Part shown: positions 54,299 through 62,361 of the stretch, piece by piece | Layout of the letters: every line of letters starts with the position of its first letter | Numbering within the stretch: the stretch's first letter is position 1 | Assembly: GCA_937925815.1 (NCBI GenBank) | Contig: CALAMQ010000014.1 | Coordinates: 2,169 to 66,168, forward strand | Direction: 5' to 3' | DNA length: 64,000 bases | From: an uncultured Granulosicoccaceae bacterium | GTDB lineage: Bacteria > Pseudomonadota > Gammaproteobacteria > CALCKW01 | The notes under the pieces: model-generated | The model's database searches: none | Told to the model about the DNA's origin: nothing | What the model saw: only the letters and a program-made list of their open reading frames with translations | Program-made: the position numbers and the translations under genes

Positions 54299-55825
54299 TC
54301 AAGCACCATGTTGCCGCTGGCGGTCAAGCCCCGTTGCGCAGGCAGCGGCCGCCAAGGCAAACACACTGGCCACTAGCATCACGTCGATAAATGCCGCATC
54401 TAGGGCGTGTTGCATGGTGACCCGGGCTGCGCCCTGCAGTGCGTCCGGCAACGCACTGAGGTCTGACAACGCAAGTGCGTCGGTCGCACCTTGAACGACA
54501 GGTGCGATGCGTGCGCGGTCTGTAGTGCTGCTCACGTGATCAATCAGCGAACTGTCGAGATGGTGTTTGTAGCGCAGCGTGAGCAGCGCACCAAAGAGCG
54601 CCACCGCAATCAAATTGCCAATGCGCGTGACCGCGTGATTGATGCCCGATGCAAGCCCGCTCTCCTCGGTGTCCACGCTGTTCAACACGCCGGTGGTTAA
54701 CGGGGAGACCATGGCGCCGGCTGAAATGCCAAGTGCGGTGATCACCGCCGCACCCGACCAGGGTGTGCGTAGGATCACCAGCAGGCAGGCAGAGGCGGTT
54801 GCTATTGCTATTCCGAGCGCGCCGATGATCAATGGCTTGCGATAGCCCACACGGTCCGCCCAACCGCCAACGGGTCTTGCCATCAGGCTGATACAAATGC
54901 CCAGTGGCAGCATGTTGAGTGCCGCCTGCGACGCGCTCATTTGCAGAGACGCAATCATCACATAGGGCACCAAAAACAACAGTGACGCGAAAGCTGTGAA
55001 CACAAAAAGGCAATAGGCGTTTAGCAGCACGAACTCGCGGTTGGCGAGAAAGTGCGCAGGCAAAATGGGCGCAGTGGCGCGTCGCTCCCACAACGCAAAC
55101 GCGATCAAGCCCAGCACGCCCACGAACCAACCTGGCCAGACGAAGCGTGATGCAGCTGGGTATAGTGACAAGTTGATCGTTGCGAACACCAACGCCGCAA
55201 GCGCTAGCGTCAGCAAGGTGGCGCCGGGCCAGTCGAGCGCTACAGGCTTTCGTTCGCTGCCACGCGGCACCGCAGTCAACGTCAGTGCGAAAGCGATAAT
55301 GCCAAGCGGCAAGTTGATCCAGAAAGCGAACGGCCAGCCGGCGGAGTCTACAAGTACGCCTCCAATCACAGGTCCAGCGGCGGCAGAAGCAGACGCTGCT
55401 GCAGACCAGATGCCAATTGCTCGACCGCGTTTTTCGGGAGGGTAGAGCCGGGCAATTATCGACAGCGACTGCGGCAGCATTAACGCAGCTGCAATCCCCT
55501 GAACGGAGCGTGCTGCAATAAGCCAATTGGCACTTGGGGCGATGGCACAGGCGGCAGACGCGAGCGTAAAGCCCGCAATGCCAAGCAGGAACACCCGGCG
55601 TGGGCCGAAGCGGTCGCCAAGAGCGCCACTGATCACGAGCAGAGCACACAGCGCCAGCAGGTAGCTGTTTGCAATCCATTGCAGAGAGGCGAAAGGTGCA
55701 CCGAGATCGCGTTGAATGCTCGGCAGGGCGATGTGCACGATGGTGCCGTCGATAAACCCCATGCTCGACGCGATGATGGTAGCGCAGAGCGCCAAGCCAC
55801 GTTGCCATCGTGACAGTGCAGGCAT
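54299..55825 (-). CDS. MFS transporter, DHA2 (14-TM) type
   Basis: IDGTIVHIALPSIQ, GALGDRFGPRR, GPVIGGVL and FWINLPLG. Confidence 0.92.
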   Translation of the reverse strand: MPALSRWQRGLALCATIIASSMGFIDGTIVHIALPSIQRDLGAPFASLQWIANSYLLALCALLVISGALGDRFGPRRVFLLGIAGFTLASAACAIAPSANWLIAARSVQGIAAALMLPQSLSIIARLYPPEKRGRAIGIWSAAASASAAAGPVIGGVLVDSAGWPFAFWINLPLGIIAFALTLTAVPRGSERKPVALDWPGATLLTLALAALVFATINLSLYPAASRFVWPGWFVGVLGLIAFALWERRATAPILPAHFLANREFVLLNAYCLFVFTAFASLLFLVPYVMIASLQMSASQAALNMLPLGICISLMARPVGGWADRVGYRKPLIIGALGIAIATASACLLVILRTPWSGAAVITALGISAGAMVSPLTTGVLNSVDTEESGLASGINHAVTRIGNLIAVALFGALLTLRYKHHLDSSLIDHVSSTTDRARIAPVVQGATDALALSDLSALPDALQGAARVTMQHALDAAFIDVMLVASVFALAAAACATGLDRQRQHGA

Positions 55826-55917
55826 GGGAGTAGCGCATCCGAAATGGGCTACCAGTTTGGCACAGGGGGCGACCGGATTGTGAGCGGTAGCAATTCGGTC
55901 AGCCCAAGCGTCCTGAT

Positions 55918-55948
55918 TCTCCCGGCCGCCTAGTTCTGGGCCGGGAGA
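55918..55948 (-). terminator. GC-rich stem-loop downstream of the acidic lipoprotein gene
   Basis: TCTCCCGGCC-N11-GGCCGGGAGA; no strong U-tract. Confidence 0.4.
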
Positions 55949-55964
55949 TCAACTTCGCTCGGTG

Positions 55965-56819
55965 TCAGTCTTCGCTTGAAGCGGTCAATATCAGAACCGC
56001 GTTGCCGATTTGCTCAACCACAGCCAGCTCGCGCGACGCTGAGCGCGAGAACTCAAAGAAAGAGCTGCCCATTGCGAGTTGAGTCGCAGCGGGGAAAGCG
56101 AATGAGCCGTCGTCCTGCAGCGTGCAATCAACCGACTGCAAAGAGCCGTCATCGGTGAAACCTTGCACGTTGATGACAACTTCCGCGTCAGCGTTGCTGC
56201 CGGCAACCCATTCAATGGTGCTGCTGGGTGTGATGGAGGAGGTCGGACCTGTCATCACCAGTGGCTCTATGCTCGGCAAGCTGACCGTACCGAAGGATGG
56301 GAACTCGTCGCCGGGTATGCTTGCTGTCAAGTTGCTTGGCAGCGGGCCTGCCAAATCATCAACATCCATCAGGTAGGCTTGCAGGCCAAAGAAGTCTGAG
56401 AGTAGCAACTCGACGTAGCTTGCGCCATTTGCCAAGACGGGTATGACGTCACCCGCGCTCACGGTGTTGATATCAAAGTCGTCGCCGAAATCAAAATCGT
56501 CATCGTCGAAGTCTGGCACGCCGAAATCAATGGTCTCAACAACACACGTGTCTAGTGCCGCTGCGGCGCTGGTTTCGATCATTGAGGCGTTGATTGCCGG
56601 AGTCACTTCGAAGAATGCAGCGCTGATATCAACGCTGTTCAGCGAGACCGATCCGCTCGCGGACAGCGAGCCGAGGTATCGGATGGTGCCACTGATATCT
56701 TCTAATCCGCCGCCAGATGACGCTGTGCCGCCGTCACTGGAAGAGTCGCTCGATGAGCCGCCACCGCATGCTGACACACTTAGAGCCAGCACCGCAGAAA
56801 CTGTTAATCGCCGTGTCAT
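55965..56819 (-). CDS. Hypothetical highly acidic lipoprotein
   Basis: MTRR signal, lipobox VSAC, Gly/Ser linker and a D/E-rich beta-type domain. ATG at 56819 follows AGGAG. Confidence 0.8.
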   Translation of the reverse strand: MTRRLTVSAVLALSVSACGGGSSSDSSSDGGTASSGGGLEDISGTIRYLGSLSASGSVSLNSVDISAAFFEVTPAINASMIETSAAAALDTCVVETIDFGVPDFDDDDFDFGDDFDINTVSAGDVIPVLANGASYVELLLSDFFGLQAYLMDVDDLAGPLPSNLTASIPGDEFPSFGTVSLPSIEPLVMTGPTSSITPSSTIEWVAGSNADAEVVINVQGFTDDGSLQSVDCTLQDDGSFAFPAATQLAMGSSFFEFSRSASRELAVVEQIGNAVLILTASSED

Positions 56820-56970
56820 GGCCGTTTCTCCTGTCAATAAAAAGTAGTGTTTTTACAATCACAGCCGCTTTGGAGGCGATCTGATGTCTTTATCGTAACT
56901 TGACAATCAAAGCGATAGCAAAGTCAGTTGTGCCAGAGTGCGATATCTCTTCGGTACCTTGGCCTCCGTG

Positions 56971-56986
56971 TGTCACAGTTGTGACA
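56971..56986. promoter_or_regulatory. Palindrome upstream of the WYL regulator (candidate operator)
   Basis: TGTCAC-AGTT-GTGACA, followed by TAGAGT at 57000. Confidence 0.5.
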
Positions 56987-57044
56987 GCAAGGGCTGTGAT
57001 AGAGTGCAAAGGACCCTACCGTTAAACACGCATCGCGCTTTCCC

Positions 57045-58055
57045 GTGAACCGATTTGACCGCGTCACCGCCATTCTGTTGATTTTGCAAGGGCGGTCGGT
57101 CATCACAGCTGGTGAACTCGCCGAGCGGTTTGCTGTGACCGAGCGGACGATCTACCGCGATATCCGCTCTTTGGAGGCAGCGGGTGTACCCATTGGTGCT
57201 GAACCCGGTGTGGGGTATTTCCTCGAGCGGGGTTACACACTGCCGCCTGTGAGTTTCACCCTTGATGAAGCTTCGGCGCTGTTGCTTGGTGAAAAGTTGC
57301 TCGGTGCCCGCGTGGACAGTGCAACACGCGAGGATTTTCGACACGCACTGAGCAAGGTTCGCGCGGTGGTCAGTCGAACAGACAACGACATGTTGAGTGC
57401 GCTCGATCACGACACGGCGGTCTTGCCACACAGCTCGCTGACCACTGAAAGTGCGCCAGTTGACTCCTTAGACGTCGATCAACACGCCGCAGAGAGCACA
57501 TGGTTGCCAGCTTGCCGACACGCCGTGGTTCACCGTTGTGCGGTGGACATATTGTATCGGTCTGCCGCGGGCCCCAAACCGACCGCCAGGGTCATAGAGC
57601 CTATCGGCATAGTGCACTACGGCGATCACTGGCACCTGATTGCGTGGTGTCGGCTGCGCTGCGACTACCGCGATTTTCGCCTCGATCGCGTGACACGCTT
57701 TTCACTGCAAAAAGAGGTGTTCACGCGCCACAGTCGCCTGACACTTCAGCAGTATTTCAACACGCGATCGCAAGAGCAGAACCTGCTTGATGTGGAACTG
57801 CTGTTCCGGGGCGAGTCTGTGCAATTCATTGGCTGGCAGCGTTACAGTTTTGGCTTGGTCGATGAATCGCCGCGTGAAGACGGGGTGCACATGCGTTTTT
57901 TGACCCACCTGCCTGAGTACATGGCGCGTTGGCTGATGCAGTTTTCAAGCGATGTCGAAGTGCTAAAAGGCGCTGCGGTGCGTGACGAACTTCGCCGGCT
58001 GACCGCCGAGGCCTACGTGCATTGGCACCGACCAGCCAACGAACAGGGCTCCTGA
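57045..58055 (+). CDS. YafY family HTH-WYL transcriptional regulator
   Basis: LAERFAVTERTIYRDI, GVGYFL and RVIEPIG...WHLIAWCRLRCDYRDFRLDRV. Confidence 0.93.
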   Translation: MNRFDRVTAILLILQGRSVITAGELAERFAVTERTIYRDIRSLEAAGVPIGAEPGVGYFLERGYTLPPVSFTLDEASALLLGEKLLGARVDSATREDFRHALSKVRAVVSRTDNDMLSALDHDTAVLPHSSLTTESAPVDSLDVDQHAAESTWLPACRHAVVHRCAVDILYRSAAGPKPTARVIEPIGIVHYGDHWHLIAWCRLRCDYRDFRLDRVTRFSLQKEVFTRHSRLTLQQYFNTRSQEQNLLDVELLFRGESVQFIGWQRYSFGLVDESPREDGVHMRFLTHLPEYMARWLMQFSSDVEVLKGAAVRDELRRLTAEAYVHWHRPANEQGS

Positions 58056-58068
58056 CAGAGGGTTGTCA
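58053..58068. promoter_or_regulatory. Palindrome at the WYL stop codon, upstream of the Rid gene (candidate operator)
   Basis: TGACA-GAGGGT-TGTCA; the TGA is the stop codon of the WYL gene. Confidence 0.55.
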
Positions 58069-58123
58069 CCCGACCCTGCGACAGTGATGCCTCGTTACAC
58101 AGGCAAGTCAAAGGAGCATCACA

Positions 58124-58519
58124 ATGCAACGCACCCCCATCAACCCTTGGCCGTGGTCTTTGTCGCTCGGTTACAACCAAGCTGAAGTGATTGAAGCCAC
58201 ACAGCGACATCTGACGCTTGCTGGCCAGACGGCTGTCGACAGCGAAGGTCAACCGCAACATGCAGACGATTTGCGTGCGCAGATGCAGCTGGCGCTAGAC
58301 AACCTCGAAACCGTTTTGACAGCGGCGGGCATGGGACTCAAGAACGTGACCCACCTCAGAATCTACGCCGTTGATGTGGACGAGGCTCTGCAGCATTTTG
58401 ATCTGCTCGGCGCGCGCTTTGGTGCCGCTGGGGTGGCACCACCGATGACGCTGCTGGGTGTGACCCGTCTCGCGTTGCCGGGTCTAGCCTTTGAAATCGA
58501 GGCCACCGCAGCGGATTGA
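58124..58519 (+). CDS. Rid (YjgF/YER057c/UK114) family protein
   Basis: GYNQA, LAGQ, QLALDNLETVLTAAG and FEIEATA; AAGGAG RBS. Confidence 0.9.
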   Translation: MQRTPINPWPWSLSLGYNQAEVIEATQRHLTLAGQTAVDSEGQPQHADDLRAQMQLALDNLETVLTAAGMGLKNVTHLRIYAVDVDEALQHFDLLGARFGAAGVAPPMTLLGVTRLALPGLAFEIEATAAD

Positions 58520-58540
58520 ATGCGGTGCCTCGGTGGTGCA

Positions 58541-59773
58541 CTACTCGGAGTCTGCCGGTGCGCCTTCGCGGCGCGCTGGCAAACTAAAATGCAAGACCGC
58601 GTAGGCAAGTGCCGCCGACGCCACTGACCCGATCAAAATGCCGATTCGGTCTCCAATGAAATAGCCGCTGCCGCCGTGCGCGAAAGCGAGTCCCGCGATG
58701 AACAGGCTCATGGTGAAGCCAATGCCACAGGCGAGAGAGACACCAAATAACATGGTCCAGCTCACACCCGCCGGGCGCTTGGCGATGCCGACTGCAATCG
58801 CGGCACCGACAAAGCCCATGATGCCAAGTGGTTTGCCGATCACCAGGCCCGCTAGCACTCCCAGTGTCACAGGATGGAGAATATCGTCAGGCGAGAGCCC
58901 GGCAAGTGACAAGCCTGCGTTAGCGAAGGCAAAGATCGGCAGAATGACTAGAGCGACTGGGGCGTGCAGGTCGTGTTCGAGATTCAACAACGGCGATTGG
59001 CCTTTGGCGTCGCGCATCGGCACACACAGCGCAATCAGCACCCCAGCAAGGGTGGCGTGCACACCGCTTTTTAGCACCGCGGCCCAGAGCACAATACCCA
59101 GCAACACATACGCGGACGTGCGGGTTACTCCAAGGCGATTCATAAGCACGGCCAATACCAGTGCCGAGCCACCAATCACCATGGGTGTCAGCGACAGCGC
59201 ATCTGAATAAAAAACAGCGATGATGACAATGGCTGCGAGGTCGTCGAAGATCGCAACCGACAACAAAAACACCTTTAATGTGAGCGGTACGCGCGAACCA
59301 AAGGCGCTGAGCAGCGCAAGCGCAAACGCGATGTCGGTGGCGACGGGAATGGCCCAGCCATCCATGGCAACAGCGTCGTCGCCGTTGAGCGCAATGTAAA
59401 TGGCCGCTGGCACCACCATGCCACCGAGCGCACCCACAGCGGGCAAGATTATTTGCGCGGGGGATGAGAGTTCACCCTCGAGAAATTCACGTTTGACTTC
59501 AAGCCCAATCAAAAAGAAAAACACCGCCATCAGGCCGTCGTTGATCCAGAGCAACAGGGGTTTGTTGATTTCCAGTGCGCCAATTTGCACCGCGACTGGG
59601 GTGTCGATCAACGTGTCGTAGTACCCGACCAATGGCGAGTTGGCGATCACCAGTGCGGCAATGGCGGTGATCAACAAGATCGTTCCGCCTGCGGATTCGA
59701 GCTGAATGAATTGTCGAACGGCGCTGGCGAGGCGGTTGGCCGGGCGGGATGTGGACACGGTGTTTGTCACCAA
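58541..59773 (-). CDS. nhaA: Na+/H+ antiporter NhaA
   Basis: WINDGLMAVFFF, GWAIPVATDIAF, AIFDDL, SGVHATLAGV and GIGFTMSLFI. Confidence 0.96.
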   Translation of the reverse strand: MVTNTVSTSRPANRLASAVRQFIQLESAGGTILLITAIAALVIANSPLVGYYDTLIDTPVAVQIGALEINKPLLLWINDGLMAVFFFLIGLEVKREFLEGELSSPAQIILPAVGALGGMVVPAAIYIALNGDDAVAMDGWAIPVATDIAFALALLSAFGSRVPLTLKVFLLSVAIFDDLAAIVIIAVFYSDALSLTPMVIGGSALVLAVLMNRLGVTRTSAYVLLGIVLWAAVLKSGVHATLAGVLIALCVPMRDAKGQSPLLNLEHDLHAPVALVILPIFAFANAGLSLAGLSPDDILHPVTLGVLAGLVIGKPLGIMGFVGAAIAVGIAKRPAGVSWTMLFGVSLACGIGFTMSLFIAGLAFAHGGSGYFIGDRIGILIGSVASAALAYAVLHFSLPARREGAPADSE

Positions 59774-59953
59774 AGTGTGAGGCTGGTGGCCGCAAAGGCC
59801 AGAGCTGTGGAATCGGAATGCTCAGTAGAAGATCGGCTGTGACGGGCAGAGTTCCGTCTGCCAGACGGGCCTATTGGCCGCTTGAAATCACGTTGCGCTC
59901 TAACCCGCGTCGGGGCTGCACTTGTGTAGCAGGACTCAGGCTATGATTGTTGC

Positions 59954-60340
59954 ATGAAAGCCTGCAACCAGTGTGGCAAGTGCTGCATCAACTACAGCGA
60001 CGGTGGACTGTCAGCCACCGCCGAGGAAATCGCTCATTGGGAAGCGTATCGCCCAGACATTTTTGAATATGTGTCTGAGGCTGGGGACATTTGGGTGGAC
60101 CCCACAACGCAGACGCCGTTGCGCCGCTGCCCATGGCTGCGCCAGGTGCCAGGCCAATCCAAATACACTTGTGACATCTACGCCGAGCGCCCGGGTGATT
60201 GCCGCTACTACCCCGTTGCCATTGAACACATGATTGCAGACGGTTGCGAGATGCTCGAGGCGCATGACCTCAAGCGGCCAAAGCAGGCGCAACGCGAGCT
60301 GGACCGGCTCATGGCGGACAGTCGCCCGCCTCTGGAGTAG
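59954..60340 (+). CDS. YkgJ family cysteine-cluster protein
   Basis: CNQCGKCC, CPWL and CDIYAERPGDCRYYP. Confidence 0.85.
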   Translation: MKACNQCGKCCINYSDGGLSATAEEIAHWEAYRPDIFEYVSEAGDIWVDPTTQTPLRRCPWLRQVPGQSKYTCDIYAERPGDCRYYPVAIEHMIADGCEMLEAHDLKRPKQAQRELDRLMADSRPPLE

Positions 60341-60362
60341 GCGTTGGCGTGACAGATCGCGT

Positions 60363-61142
60363 CTATCGCTCGACGAAAGCTCTCTCGATCACGTAGTCAC
60401 CGGCGACACCGGTCTTTGGACTGATGTTGAAACCGCGCTCATCGAGCAAGGTGCGCATGTCGGCGAGCATTGCAGGGCTGCCGCAAATCATGACGCGGTC
60501 GGTCTTGGGGTTGAGTGCCGGCAAGCCAGTCTCTTCGCTCACCCTACCGTTTTCAATCAAGTGCGTGAGTCTGCCTTGATTGCGGAAGGGCTCGCGCGTG
60601 ACCGCGGGGTAGTACACCAACTGATCGCGTACCCACTCACCGAAGAACTCGTGGTTGGGCAGTGTTTCGGTGAGCCAGCTTGCGTAGGCGAGCTCGCTTT
60701 GGCGACGCACACCGTGCATGAGAACAACTTTATCAAAGCGCTCGTAGGTCTCAGGGTCTTGGATGATGCTCAGGAAAGGTGCAAGCCCGGTCCCTGTTGC
60801 CACCAGGTACAAATTCTTTCCGGGATTGAGGTCAGTCATGACCAAGGTGCCGGTTGGCTTGCTGCCAATCAGGACGTTGTCACCGGGTGACAGGTTTTGC
60901 AGCCGACTGGTCAGCGCACCGTCTGGCACTTTGATGCTGAAGAATTCAAGGTGCTCGTCGTGGTTGGCACTGGCGATGCTGTAGGCGCGCATGATGGGTC
61001 GCGCCTCCTCGGACTCGAGGCCGATCATGATGAACTCACCGTTCCGGAACCGAAGGCGCTGATCGCGTGTTGTACGGAAGCTGAAGAGCGTGTCGTTCCA
61101 GTGGTGGACATCGAGCACTTGCTCAGTTGCGAACTTGGCCAT
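60363..61142 (-). CDS. fpr: Ferredoxin/flavodoxin-NADP+ reductase (bacterial subclass I)
   Basis: VHHWNDTLFSF, RAYSIAS, TGTGLAPF, CGSPAML and ERAFVE; ATG at 61142. Confidence 0.95.
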   Translation of the reverse strand: MAKFATEQVLDVHHWNDTLFSFRTTRDQRLRFRNGEFIMIGLESEEARPIMRAYSIASANHDEHLEFFSIKVPDGALTSRLQNLSPGDNVLIGSKPTGTLVMTDLNPGKNLYLVATGTGLAPFLSIIQDPETYERFDKVVLMHGVRRQSELAYASWLTETLPNHEFFGEWVRDQLVYYPAVTREPFRNQGRLTHLIENGRVSEETGLPALNPKTDRVMICGSPAMLADMRTLLDERGFNISPKTGVAGDYVIERAFVER

Positions 61143-61283
61143 AGCCGTGATTTCTCTAATCTCTGTTGGCTGCGGCCTGAGGCCGAGCGTTGGGTTCATG
61201 TTGTTGCTCAGTTGACATGTGCAGGCACCATTTGGGCGTGCAGTCAGTGGGCGGTAGTGTTGAGTCAAATCTGCCAGTTTCAG

Positions 61284-61919
61284 TTAGGCGATACGATGGC
61301 GGGTCGAGCCGTGCAAACCACACTCTCGATCATTGGCGCCCTTGGTTGGATCGAAATAGCTGTGGCCGTTGGGTAGCTCATGCTGGTCAATCCATGCTTG
61401 TATATCGGCATCATCAAATCGAATGAACGGCGCGGCTTTAATCATCCACCGATCTTGATTGAGCACTTTGAGCTCGCGACGGTGCTCAGTCTCGCTGGCG
61501 CGTATGCCGGTGAGCCACAGGTCCGGTTGCAGTTCTGTCAGGGCCTGCTCAAACGGGGCAAGTTTGACGGTGTTAGTAAAGCGAGCGTGGGCTGAATCAG
61601 TGGTGGCTGGCACGCCGCCAAACTGGGAGATCAACCACGCTGTACTGAACGACGGGCTGTAGACCCTTAAATCAGCGTTGTAGCGACGCGTTATGGACTG
61701 GACGAATTGGTAGGTGTCAGCGGTATTGAATCCGTGATCTACCCAGACCACCGGCACGTCGGGGCGCTGTGACAATACACAGTGGATCATGGCCGCGGAT
61801 TGCGGTCCGAAGCTTGTGCTGAGAATCGGGCGCGAGTACCGAGCGAGCAACCATTGGACAATGTCCTCTGGGCTCTGATTTGCGAGCACTGTGTTCGCGC
61901 AGCTGAGGTCGTCGCTCAC
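61284..61919 (-). CDS. cysH: PAPS/APS reductase family protein (short form without Fe-S cysteines)
   Basis: STSFG, VWVDHG, VKLAPF, WLTGIR and C-terminal ECGLH; GTG at 61919. Confidence 0.85.
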   Translation of the reverse strand: MSDDLSCANTVLANQSPEDIVQWLLARYSRPILSTSFGPQSAAMIHCVLSQRPDVPVVWVDHGFNTADTYQFVQSITRRYNADLRVYSPSFSTAWLISQFGGVPATTDSAHARFTNTVKLAPFEQALTELQPDLWLTGIRASETEHRRELKVLNQDRWMIKAAPFIRFDDADIQAWIDQHELPNGHSYFDPTKGANDRECGLHGSTRHRIA

Positions 61920-61929
61920 GGCGTTGCCT

Positions 61930-62361
61930 TCAGGCATCGGGGCGCAGCTCGGTGAGTGCGGCGTTGAGGTCGTCGACGTCGGCATCGGCCTCGCACTGGT
62001 AGCTGTCGATGCCGACCAGACGCATGAACTCGAGTTGGTCGCGGCGCACGTCACCAACCGCCACCAACTCACCGCGGTAGCCGAGTTCGTGGCGCAGCGT
62101 GCGTGCGTGGCTGTAGCCACGCCCGTCGGTAAAGCTTGGGAAGTCGATCAGAATCGCGTCGCGTTCAAGCGCACTTGCGGGCAATTCAACCGGGTCATCT
62201 TCTGGCTCCACCAGCGCAACCCACGCAGGGTTCGACGGCGGTGGGGTCTCACTTTGCACCAATTGCATCTGTGGCACGGCGATGGGCGCCGTGGCCGGCT
62301 CGTCCGCGCCTTGCAGACGCCAGGGCATGTCGACGATTTCGCCGTTACGCAGCAGCTTCAT
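61930..62361 (-). CDS. DUF934 family protein
   Basis: IDFPSFTDGRGYSHARTLR, GELVAVGDVRRDQ; follows cysI. Confidence 0.9.
   Translation of the reverse strand: MKLLRNGEIVDMPWRLQGADEPATAPIAVPQMQLVQSETPPPSNPAWVALVEPEDDPVELPASALERDAILIDFPSFTDGRGYSHARTLRHELGYRGELVAVGDVRRDQLEFMRLVGIDSYQCEADADVDDLNAALTELRPDA

Noticed and set aside
54540..55838. 432-aa alternate-frame ORF overlapping the MFS gene
   Set aside because: Arg/Cys/Trp-rich shadow frame with no recognisable motifs, as expected in GC-rich coding DNA.
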